A DNA stretch of 64,000 nt, taken from IMG/VR virus record IMGVR_UViG_3300009183_000045. One strand, 5' to 3'. Position 1 is the stretch's first letter; every line of letters begins with the position of its first letter. Positions 55,796 to 64,000 of this stretch are shown here, piece after piece. Under the pieces are notes generated by a model that was not told where the DNA came from, did no database searches, and saw nothing but the letters and a program-made list of their open reading frames with translations. The DNA is from a virus (lineage: Duplodnaviria > Caudoviricetes). The position numbers and the translations under genes are program-made.

Positions 55796-57211
55796 ATGGC
55801 CACACAAATAACTAGTTGCTCGAGTCAGTCATCAAATCCTTTGATTGAAAAGGGTACACTTAGAGGAAATGATTCTATACCCTCTTTAAAAATACAAACA
55901 GGACTTACAGAAATAGAACTGGCTGTGCTGTATAACAACGGAGCCGGCAAAAATCTTAATCAATTTGCCGGGTACTTGTACACACTAGTTCATGGATGGA
56001 AGGCTTTTGATAAATCTTTTAGTTACCACACAGTTCTAGCTCCATATGTAGTGACTCCGGATACTTATAAAGACTTTATTAACAAAGAGGCAGGTATACT
56101 ATATAACTGCGGAATACTTGAAAAATGTAAAAAAACTTGTCCGGCGGGCAAAGTTGGGCAATTAAATGATTTAGGAAGACTGGGCCTCTTTAGTCGATTG
56201 ACCGGCTTTCAAATTACAAATCCAATGACAGGGCCAGCATCAACTTTGCCTCCTGGAGTAAAAGATACTTTAGACGCACAGCACAGTGGATTTGTGGACG
56301 GATTACAAAACTTTTGTGAGAGCATAAACACCCATGCTTATTTAAAATGTTTTGCTATAGGGTCTTATGGAGGCATTCAAGAAGCCGTTCACAGCCTCAC
56401 CAATGTTGTTCAAGATTTTTATAGTGCTATGTATGACTTATACCAGGACATGCAGCTTTTAATGATACAAGCTCAAATGGTTATACAGCAGTATATAGCA
56501 GATCTAGAATTCTTTTTAACTACAGAATTTTTAGGAGGAAAAATTGGGTTATTTCTGGCTATAATATGTATGATATTGTCCACAGTTCAAACTCTTATAG
56601 ATGACGTAGCATTTTTTGCGTCCCTATTTAATGGGTCTGATAATTTGTATGCAGTTTTAAATTCAATTCAATCTGTTGTTAATATAGGTGCGCAGGCAAT
56701 GGAGTATATATACCATCCAATAACCGCCGGATTACCAGCTGCTTTTCCTAAAGAAGCAAAACAAGTGGTAGATTTTATTAACAATTTAGGCAATGTGCCT
56801 TCTAATTATTTAGGTATTTTGTTAAAGCATTTTTCTTTTGGAAAAATAATGCATAACAAAGGAATAGCAATTGCAAATAGCATAATACAACATTATGGCT
56901 TAGGCGCTCAATTGGGAGATTTAAATCCCATGATGCAATCTTTTGGATGTGCTGCTCCTTCTGGAAACTGGCACAGGACCGCGCCTCCAGTGTTAAAGGG
57001 TCCTATTAAATTTAAAAATGCTAAAATTCCTTCTAATTTAAAAAACCGAGTCAAGGTAGATCCTTATAGTGTTTCTAGTTTGTGGCAGATGGTTAAATCT
57101 GATTTCTCTAATTTAACAACTGATGGCGGTGTATTAGAAAAAGATGTTGAAAAATTTGGTTCTCAATTGAAAGGAATTTTTTCGCCTTCTAATGTGGTGA
57201 CTGGAAATTAA
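55796..57211 (+). CDS. Hypothetical structural-region protein
   Basis: 471 aa, helical/hydrophobic middle; between hub and gp5. Confidence 0.7.
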   Translation: MATQITSCSSQSSNPLIEKGTLRGNDSIPSLKIQTGLTEIELAVLYNNGAGKNLNQFAGYLYTLVHGWKAFDKSFSYHTVLAPYVVTPDTYKDFINKEAGILYNCGILEKCKKTCPAGKVGQLNDLGRLGLFSRLTGFQITNPMTGPASTLPPGVKDTLDAQHSGFVDGLQNFCESINTHAYLKCFAIGSYGGIQEAVHSLTNVVQDFYSAMYDLYQDMQLLMIQAQMVIQQYIADLEFFLTTEFLGGKIGLFLAIICMILSTVQTLIDDVAFFASLFNGSDNLYAVLNSIQSVVNIGAQAMEYIYHPITAGLPAAFPKEAKQVVDFINNLGNVPSNYLGILLKHFSFGKIMHNKGIAIANSIIQHYGLGAQLGDLNPMMQSFGCAAPSGNWHRTAPPVLKGPIKFKNAKIPSNLKNRVKVDPYSVSSLWQMVKSDFSNLTTDGGVLEKDVEKFGSQLKGIFSPSNVVTGN

Positions 57212-57212
57212 T

Positions 57213-58952
57213 ATGAATCCAATATACGGCAATCATATAGGCATAGTTGTAAATTCAAATCCAGACCCCGAAGGAAGAGGAAGGGTTCAAATTTTTGTGC
57301 CTCATCTTTCCACTACATTATATGATAATTGGAATAAAGACGCCAAAGACATCAGTATTACTCAAGGCAGTTTGGCTGGTTTAAATGTAGGTGTACTACA
57401 AAGACTTCAACAAAATCTGCCGTGGGCAGAATACGCATTCCCTTTGTTTGGCTCGGGAGGTACTACATATGCAGACCCTTCTACAGGATTAACCAGACCC
57501 TCTCAGTCAAGCTCTGCACCTTCTGTTAATATATCTGGTATTAATGCTTTAGGGGCAGACAATAAAACTTCACCAAAAATAGACATACCCCTTTCAAATG
57601 AAAATGTTTCATCTTTAAATTTAAGTAATCAATTATCTTTAAATAATCAATTTCCTACAGCTTCATCTACTGTAAAAGCCAATGCGGCAAACAACCCAGG
57701 AAATTTGCATATTTATAACACGACATCTCCTAATTCAAACTATACAGGCCAAATAGGAATTACAGGTGATGTGAAGGACGGGCAGTATAGGGGTAGTATA
57801 GCAACTTTTGCAACTATGTCTGATGGAATAGCTGCTAATTTAAACCAATTAAACAAATATATTAACGGATCGGCAGCAGCTGCTCAATCAGCCGGAGGAC
57901 CTTTAGACACAATAAGAAAAATAGAAAATGCTTGGGTTGGAGGAGACAACCCAACAGCCGCTGGCGAGGTTTCTAAATTTTCTGGTATACCAATTGATGA
58001 AAAAATTGACCCCAATAATGCCAATCAAATGATGAATTTAATGGCTGGTATGATGAGGGTTGAAGCCGGCGGCATTCCTGCTAATTTTACAGAAAATTTT
58101 AAAACTGGTTTTGAAACTTTTCAACAAAGAAAAGGATTAACTACAGAATTGTCAGTGAGTCAAAATCAAACATATACAGGTAAAGTTTTAGACTCTACAA
58201 GGCAATTGCCTGGAGTAGATATGAGGCACCCCAACGGAGTCAATTCATTTCCACTACCGGGCACATTTGTTTGGTGTTTCTTTCTCGGCGGTGATATCCA
58301 ACGACCAGTTTATTTTGCAGGTGTGTCTGAAAAAAATTCAGCAGCGAGAACATCAAATATTCCCTCACAAGTTGTTCCTTTGGGAGTAAAGGGAAATACT
58401 TTAACCGGAAATTCGCTTTCTACTAACAGTGTGTTAATTAATGGAGGCACCGAAGGAACTAGTGTTCTCACAGATATAAACGGCAATCCAGTTAGGGATT
58501 CAGAAGGCAATCCAGTTTATGTAGATCCAGGCGCATTAAACTTGTTAGCAAAAGCCGCAACAAATGCAAATGTGGGTTCCTCACCCGGAGGATATTGTTA
58601 TTCAAATGTTAAAAATTTATTGCAAGCCGCGGGAATGATTAATAATGCCAATGATTTGAGGGGTGATTCTTCTTTTGCCTCAGCTTATATGGCAGCAGAT
58701 AATTTAACAAATATAAACACACAAGGAGGTTTAACGGAACCTTATTCCTGGCAGACCCTGCCTTCTACAGATGTTAGTAAGGCCCCTCCAGGCTCAGTTG
58801 TTGTGTGGGATAAAACAGATTCTCATCCAAACGGTCATATAGCTATTATAGACTCTTCCGGCAATCAAGTATCAGATTTTAGATCTTCTAATATGTCTAG
58901 TTTGCCTGTTAAAGCTATACTAGTTCCTATTAAAGCAAATACAAGAGCATAA
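57213..58952 (+). CDS. gp5/VgrG-like OB-fold protein with inserted lysozyme-like domain and C-terminal CHAP-like amidase
   Basis: GIVVNSNPDPEGRGRVQI..PWA and PLPGTFVWCFFLGGD..RPV; NNPGNL insert; GYCY...VVVWD...GHIAI. Confidence 0.75.
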   Translation: MNPIYGNHIGIVVNSNPDPEGRGRVQIFVPHLSTTLYDNWNKDAKDISITQGSLAGLNVGVLQRLQQNLPWAEYAFPLFGSGGTTYADPSTGLTRPSQSSSAPSVNISGINALGADNKTSPKIDIPLSNENVSSLNLSNQLSLNNQFPTASSTVKANAANNPGNLHIYNTTSPNSNYTGQIGITGDVKDGQYRGSIATFATMSDGIAANLNQLNKYINGSAAAAQSAGGPLDTIRKIENAWVGGDNPTAAGEVSKFSGIPIDEKIDPNNANQMMNLMAGMMRVEAGGIPANFTENFKTGFETFQQRKGLTTELSVSQNQTYTGKVLDSTRQLPGVDMRHPNGVNSFPLPGTFVWCFFLGGDIQRPVYFAGVSEKNSAARTSNIPSQVVPLGVKGNTLTGNSLSTNSVLINGGTEGTSVLTDINGNPVRDSEGNPVYVDPGALNLLAKAATNANVGSSPGGYCYSNVKNLLQAAGMINNANDLRGDSSFASAYMAADNLTNINTQGGLTEPYSWQTLPSTDVSKAPPGSVVVWDKTDSHPNGHIAIIDSSGNQVSDFRSSNMSSLPVKAILVPIKANTRA

Positions 58953-58978
58953 TAAGAGAAGTTTCCTAATTAATAGAT

Positions 58979-61039
58979 ATGTCTGATGTAGCTGATGGTA
59001 ATAATATATTAAAAACTGACACCATAAAGGGTATGTATGGGCATTTGAGTTTTAATAACACTCAAGTTGATCAAGGGATCGGCTCCACACTCACAGAAGA
59101 TTATTCTTATGTTCAATTAGCAAATAACGACAATGCTCAAATAAGTTTACAAGCCGGTGGTAAAATAAGAACAGATGCTCCTAGTGACATGTCTATAAAT
59201 GTTGGCAGGAATAAAATTCAAAATATTCTAGGAGACAGTCAACTCTCAGTAGGAAGAGATAATCACATAACTATAGACGGAAAGGTTTCTGTTAATATCG
59301 GTAAATACGGATCAAAGGAAAAAGAAGCCTATAAAAAGTTAACAGAATTGGCTTCTACTATACAAAAAGAATCCATAAGCACGGCCAAGACTACTACAAA
59401 CAACCGTATACCCTGCCCAGTTTGCAATTCAAAAGTATTGACCCAACCAGCCTCAGTTGCAGCTAAGATATCTTCAGCCAGAGCCGCAGAATTAATGAAT
59501 GATGTGAATACTGGATGGAAACATCTAATAAGAACATTTAAAAGAATCATTTGGCTTGTGCCAGATATTTTTAAAAAATCTACCACAGCATCTTTTCACC
59601 AAAAAACTGGTTCTTGTGGTTCTCCAGATTGTATAAACCACACGGTTCCGGATTTAAAATTATCATTAGACGCCTATAGTAAAAAGGCTACAGATTTAAT
59701 AGAGCAAAACAAAACCCAAATAGAACAACTTCAGACAGCTCTGGGCCAAAGTTCTGGAGGATTGACGTTAATAACCAAAGGTACCTGCTTTGTCAGTACG
59801 GGTTTGTATAAAAATGAATCAGTTACTGGATACGAACACGGGAATCATACGTTTCCTACGGGGTTTGTTGCGGGTCCTAGTGGTAAGGGTCCTGCCTTGT
59901 CTTCTGCCGGTGCTCCTAAAAGGACTATACAAGTAGGTGCCATACGTCTCACAGAGGGTGACATGTACTTAAACTCTTCTGAAAAGTTTACAGTCAATGC
60001 AGGAGCTCCTGGTATTGCTTTAGAAACAAATGGTCCTTTAAATGCTAGAGGAAATTCAGTGGAGATAAGAGCAACAGACGGAGAGGCACATTTTTCTTCC
60101 GGTAATTTAACTGTAATAAGTGGTGCCACAGTTTCTATTAAGGGGGGTTTAAAAACTGGAGAGACTGGAATAGTTTTGCAATCTGAAAAGGTGCATGTTG
60201 CTGGTGGGTTAACTGTGCAGGGTAATATGATTACAAAAGGAGGAGGCCACTTTGACGGGCCTTTAACTGCTCCTATTTTGAGTGTTCCTACATATGCTCA
60301 GCCGGTGACTCCTTCAAAACCCCCTCAAGATGTTTCTTCACACGGTTCATGGTTTCCTATGAATATAGTCCACAATACTTTACAGGAAGTATTGGATAAT
60401 ACTCAAAGAAACGTGCCAGATCCCTTTTACATATGCCAGGTAAGAATATTGACGGAATATGCAAAAAAGTGGTATAGTGAGGTAATGAGTGCTATACCTT
60501 TAGAATGCACTCTTACGGGATGGTGTCTTGTCACAACATGGGGAACTTTTTTTGGTACCACTGTGTGTGGTGCTGGCGCTGGTACATGCGTGGCTATGGG
60601 ATTTACATATGGAACAGATGCTGGATTTTGTCCAGTTTGGAATTTGCCTCATAATCATGCAAAATATAATGAATATCATGCAGGTGAAACGGTTTCACCT
60701 CTTATGTTGGGGCACGATCAATTTGAAGGGGCCACCGCCGCTGGAACATATCCAAGTCATATACCAATTCCCGCTCCAACAAAAACAAGCTTAGGAACAA
60801 GACCTGCTCCTTATAGTATGCCAGGACCATGTGGTGGTGGTGGACAGTTTATCAAGGATAGAAATTTAGATTATGGAGTTGATCCTTTAGATGCTTTTAA
60901 TGGTCTAAATTATGTAGACAGAGGAACTGATAACGGATTAAACACTTACACAACTCCTGGATTTACGCAATTTACCTATGGATTTAATACCCTGTCCGGT
61001 GTAGACACCACAGGAATTAATAATGTAGATTGTAAATAA
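58979..61039 (+). CDS. gp5 C-terminal beta-helix spike-like protein
   Basis: Beta-solenoid-like repeats (INVGRNK, VGRDNHITIDG, VEIRA, TVISG); follows OB-fold gene. Confidence 0.6.
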   Translation: MSDVADGNNILKTDTIKGMYGHLSFNNTQVDQGIGSTLTEDYSYVQLANNDNAQISLQAGGKIRTDAPSDMSINVGRNKIQNILGDSQLSVGRDNHITIDGKVSVNIGKYGSKEKEAYKKLTELASTIQKESISTAKTTTNNRIPCPVCNSKVLTQPASVAAKISSARAAELMNDVNTGWKHLIRTFKRIIWLVPDIFKKSTTASFHQKTGSCGSPDCINHTVPDLKLSLDAYSKKATDLIEQNKTQIEQLQTALGQSSGGLTLITKGTCFVSTGLYKNESVTGYEHGNHTFPTGFVAGPSGKGPALSSAGAPKRTIQVGAIRLTEGDMYLNSSEKFTVNAGAPGIALETNGPLNARGNSVEIRATDGEAHFSSGNLTVISGATVSIKGGLKTGETGIVLQSEKVHVAGGLTVQGNMITKGGGHFDGPLTAPILSVPTYAQPVTPSKPPQDVSSHGSWFPMNIVHNTLQEVLDNTQRNVPDPFYICQVRILTEYAKKWYSEVMSAIPLECTLTGWCLVTTWGTFFGTTVCGAGAGTCVAMGFTYGTDAGFCPVWNLPHNHAKYNEYHAGETVSPLMLGHDQFEGATAAGTYPSHIPIPAPTKTSLGTRPAPYSMPGPCGGGGQFIKDRNLDYGVDPLDAFNGLNYVDRGTDNGLNTYTTPGFTQFTYGFNTLSGVDTTGINNVDCK

Positions 61040-61040
61040 C

Positions 61041-62522
61041 TTACATTTGCAAATAATCTGGTATAGGATCTGCTAAAGAAGCAAGGGCTCCTATATGTTT
61101 CTGATCTGCTACTAAATTATTTGCATTTATAAGCCCAACGCCCAAGGCATTGGCTATATATTCTTTTCTGTCCGGATAGTATCTTTTGAACATAAAATTC
61201 ATGTCCACAGTTTCTATTCTACCCGGCTTTCCAGGAGGAAATGCAGGACTGACTAATATTTTTTTTCCTGGAAACATAGGATCTTCCTTATAAACTGCGG
61301 GACGAGCTGGTGGTGCTGGAGCATCGGGGTCATCCCTGTCAGGATAACCATAAGGGTTATAGGCACTACCCGATTCTTTCTCTTCTTTATACCCGCCTAA
61401 ATAACTGTACACAAAATACATTATTATTCTTCTATTGCCATTGCCGTTATGATCCTCCGGATCGGGTTCTATTATATATTGTCCTATAACATTATCTTCA
61501 GGAAAATCTGGAGGATGGGGGCGATATTTTTGAACCTCATTTTCGCCTACTAAGATAACTTCCATAGCAGGATCTTTTTCAATAATTTCTTGTGTTAATT
61601 TTATAAAAAACATTCCCGGCCCCTTTAAATAAATGGGTTGAGCAGTCCAGGGCAAAGCTACTTTAGTGGGGTTGGTGCTTAAGGTTCTAGGAGCAATGTC
61701 TAGAAAATTAACATGTAAATATTTTAAAAAGGCGTCTGCGTGGTCTGTAAAAGCTTTGTCTTTAGCGGCTGTAAACATTTTCTTCAACTCTTGAACAGTT
61801 GGTGGTTTGGTAATAGTTCCGGGCAATCTAGAATAATCTATAACCCCGTTTACATCAAATGAAAGAGCAGAATCCATCTGAGATGTAGGAATTGGATTTC
61901 CATCAGCATCACATATTACACCCCTTTCATTAACATATGTAGCAAGAGGAGTAATAGATTTTACAAAATTTGTAATTAAAGGAATGCCTTTTTGAAACAT
62001 GGTTTGCATTGCAGCGCCCAAGGACCATCTAGGATCACCCATTAAAGCATATGGGTTTAAATCTGGCATGAAACTTTTAGGATTCATTTCATGACTCAAA
62101 CCTGTAATATTTGAAGTTTCAAAGGTTTCATCCTTTGCCAACTGTCTGCCTAATTGAGCAATTAAAGGGCCCCTGTCTTTAATAAGAGTGGGGTTGTCTG
62201 GATCTGATCCCATAGGACTTGCCAGCCCAGCTGGAAAATTCGGATCTGGATATACCGCTGTTATTTCTGTAGCATGAACTACACCCATGTTGTGAGCGGA
62301 TTGTAGCGCTGAATTCTTATATTCTTCTTCTGTAGAAAGAGGACTTATAAGGGGTGTGCCATCTAAATGTGTGTTTAATACGCCTGGATAATATTCCTGA
62401 TCAGCTCCGGTATCGTGTTGAGTAAAATTTTCTACAGGACTTTCTTCGGCTACATAATTTGAAACAGTTTGTTTTTGCCCATAGGGCATGTCTACTACTG
62501 TTGTAGATACTAATTTAATCAT
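61041..62522 (-). CDS. Pro-rich hypothetical protein
   Basis: 493-aa ORF, convergent with spike gene. Confidence 0.7.
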   Translation of the reverse strand: MIKLVSTTVVDMPYGQKQTVSNYVAEESPVENFTQHDTGADQEYYPGVLNTHLDGTPLISPLSTEEEYKNSALQSAHNMGVVHATEITAVYPDPNFPAGLASPMGSDPDNPTLIKDRGPLIAQLGRQLAKDETFETSNITGLSHEMNPKSFMPDLNPYALMGDPRWSLGAAMQTMFQKGIPLITNFVKSITPLATYVNERGVICDADGNPIPTSQMDSALSFDVNGVIDYSRLPGTITKPPTVQELKKMFTAAKDKAFTDHADAFLKYLHVNFLDIAPRTLSTNPTKVALPWTAQPIYLKGPGMFFIKLTQEIIEKDPAMEVILVGENEVQKYRPHPPDFPEDNVIGQYIIEPDPEDHNGNGNRRIIMYFVYSYLGGYKEEKESGSAYNPYGYPDRDDPDAPAPPARPAVYKEDPMFPGKKILVSPAFPPGKPGRIETVDMNFMFKRYYPDRKEYIANALGVGLINANNLVADQKHIGALASLADPIPDYLQM

Positions 62523-62527
62523 AAAAT

Positions 62528-63016
62528 TTAGTCCTCATCATCTTCGTCTTCATCTTCCTCATCAAATTCTCTATCTTCTAGGTCTAAAAAATTAGTTTGC
62601 TGTTGTTGAACAAATATTGTTTTTAAAAATTCTACAATGGCATCTCGATCTCGTGCATTGGTTGCATGTTGGACAATAATTCTTTCTCCTTTAGTATCAT
62701 ATCCAAATAATATATAACTATCTAGGTATTCTGTTATTACGGATTTTAAAAGTAAATAATCTCTTTCTTCTATGTTATTTTCTGAATGATTTTCTTTTAC
62801 CCAAGTATCTAAAGACTTTTGGAGTTCAGCATCATTGATGGAATTAAATATGTTATTTCTAACCTCTTCAAGAACTGCAGCAGTTGCTGTAGCGTCCATG
62901 CCAGATAAAGAAGGTACTGCTACTGAAATGTGCAGCCTGTTCTTTTCTGGTTTGGCTGTCTGGTCTTGAGAACCTTTCGAATTAACTTTAGGAGTTGGTT
63001 TCTTGCGAGGTGCCAT
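62528..63016 (-). CDS. Hypothetical protein with acidic tail
   Basis: Probable start ATG 63016 (MAPRKKP); track starts at 63061. Confidence 0.65.
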   Translation of the reverse strand: MAPRKKPTPKVNSKGSQDQTAKPEKNRLHISVAVPSLSGMDATATAAVLEEVRNNIFNSINDAELQKSLDTWVKENHSENNIEERDYLLLKSVITEYLDSYILFGYDTKGERIIVQHATNARDRDAIVEFLKTIFVQQQQTNFLDLEDREFDEEDEDEDDED

Positions 63017-63326
63017 ATGTAGAAGACTTATTGTTGATACCAAATTTAACAAGGTATTCAATAATTACCTCAATAGAACTAGTTTTGATTTTGAACCTCT
63101 CTGGTATAAATTGACCTCCGTCATATATTTCAAAATATTCATCATCTATTTCTCTGTGATTGTTATAACATGTTACAAATACAGAAGCAATTCCTGGATC
63201 TATAATGACTGTCCAGGTTCTTGGGTCTATTTGAGAATAATCTGTAAATAATTTATCAGTTATATATCCACTGTCTCTTAGACGTTTAATAAAGTAGCTA
63301 ACAGTTGTAATTTTATTTTTAGACAT
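62988..63326 (-). CDS. Hypothetical protein
   Basis: 112 aa, follows clamp gene. Confidence 0.7.
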   Translation of the reverse strand: MSKNKITTVSYFIKRLRDSGYITDKLFTDYSQIDPRTWTVIIDPGIASVFVTCYNNHREIDDEYFEIYDGGQFIPERFKIKTSSIEVIIEYLVKFGINNKSSTYGTSQETNS

Positions 63327-63334
63327 AATTGATT

Positions 63335-64000
63335 TTATTTTACCAAAGCTGATATAATGTATTTTAACTCTACATTTTCTTCTTCTGTATTTTGAAAGAT
63401 AAAAACTTTATATTGAGAATTAAGTCTCACTCGAATATCTGATCTACAATGTGCTAGATTTTTGAACACTTCCATGCTCAAAGGAATAGCTTCTTCTATG
63501 GGCTCCCCTATAAACGTGGGTGTCACAATCAAATTAATGTGGTCCACGTTTTGTAGGGTTTTATCATTTATTTCTGCTACTACATTATTTTCTCGGGTTG
63601 AGAAATAAATTTTAGTAAGATCAGAGGCAAATGCATATCCTGCCATTAGCTGTTTAATTTTATTTGTGCTAATTACAAATTCTGTATCAAATTTGAGTGA
63701 TGCTATTTTATTAATGTTCACAGGAGCTTCTTTAACCACACTATCATCAACGAGATGATATTTAAAGAAAGTTTTTTCCTGTGTCTCGTGGTCAATATTT
63801 TGACACTTAATAAAATTAACATCACTCTCTATTGAAAATTCACCATTATCTCCTAAACATTCCAATCCTGAAAGTAACTTTTTAATGCTAATCAAATTTA
63901 ATCTAACTGGTGAACACATACTAGATGGTAATTTGGCTTTAGCATATAGAATTACGGTACTGTCTAATGAAGAACAAATAGTGTATAAAGATTCTTCATT
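63335..64000 (-). CDS. DNA polymerase sliding clamp (gp45-like), 5'-truncated at window edge
   Basis: Frame stays open from 63919 to 64000; FKYHLVDD and overall pattern resemble gp45-like clamps. Confidence 0.6.
   Translation of the reverse strand, partial: NEESLYTICSSLDSTVILYAKAKLPSSMCSPVRLNLISIKKLLSGLECLGDNGEFSIESDVNFIKCQNIDHETQEKTFFKYHLVDDSVVKEAPVNINKIASLKFDTEFVISTNKIKQLMAGYAFASDLTKIYFSTRENNVVAEINDKTLQNVDHINLIVTPTFIGEPIEEAIPLSMEVFKNLAHCRSDIRVRLNSQYKVFIFQNTEEENVELKYIISALVK

Noticed and set aside
1-64000. Stop-codon reassignment, reverse transcriptase/DGR/retron, or group I intron
   Set aside because: Conserved genes read full length in the standard code, no suppressor tRNA or RT motifs were seen, and the only split gene is explained by intein halves.

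Overview
64-kb fragment of a large lytic T4-like myophage genome; no bacterial chromosomal genes or integrase were seen. Layout: (1) 1-4.2 kb, a G+C-richer island of short early genes, most with their own copy of a conserved sigma70-like promoter (TTGMRG-like -35, then a 17-bp spacer starting TTCCC, TAATAT-like -10, 6 nt, ATG) that predicts leaderless mRNAs, ending at a TCCTATATAC x6 repeat; (2) 4.2-14 kb, accessory enzymes (SprT-like, metallophosphoesterase, glycosyltransferase, FkbM-like) and three tRNAs; (3) 14-19 kb, tail fibres, then a tmRNA with a 32-codon tag; (4) 19-29 kb, TraR/DksA-like zinc finger, lysis cassette (u-spanin-like, holin-like, endolysin), an 886-aa protein fusing three unrelated nucleotidyltransferase folds, HPRT, HNH nucleases and dCMP deaminase; (5) 29-34 kb, class Ia RNR whose alpha gene is fractured by a split intein with a free-standing HNH gene between the halves; (6) 34-64 kb, Cas4-like nuclease, neck, PhoH, sheath/tube/baseplate, terminase with an Ala-start class 3 intein, gp5-like spike genes and a truncated sliding clamp. 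Late genes carry TAA(A/G)TA about 4-12 nt before ATG with no evident Shine-Dalgarno. A diderm host is inferred; weak hints point to PVC bacteria. Best candidates for new biology: the late-expressed, putatively packaged triple nucleotidyltransferase; the apparently genome-wide leaderless expression strategy; the split-intein RNR. All product calls come from motif reading without database searches.
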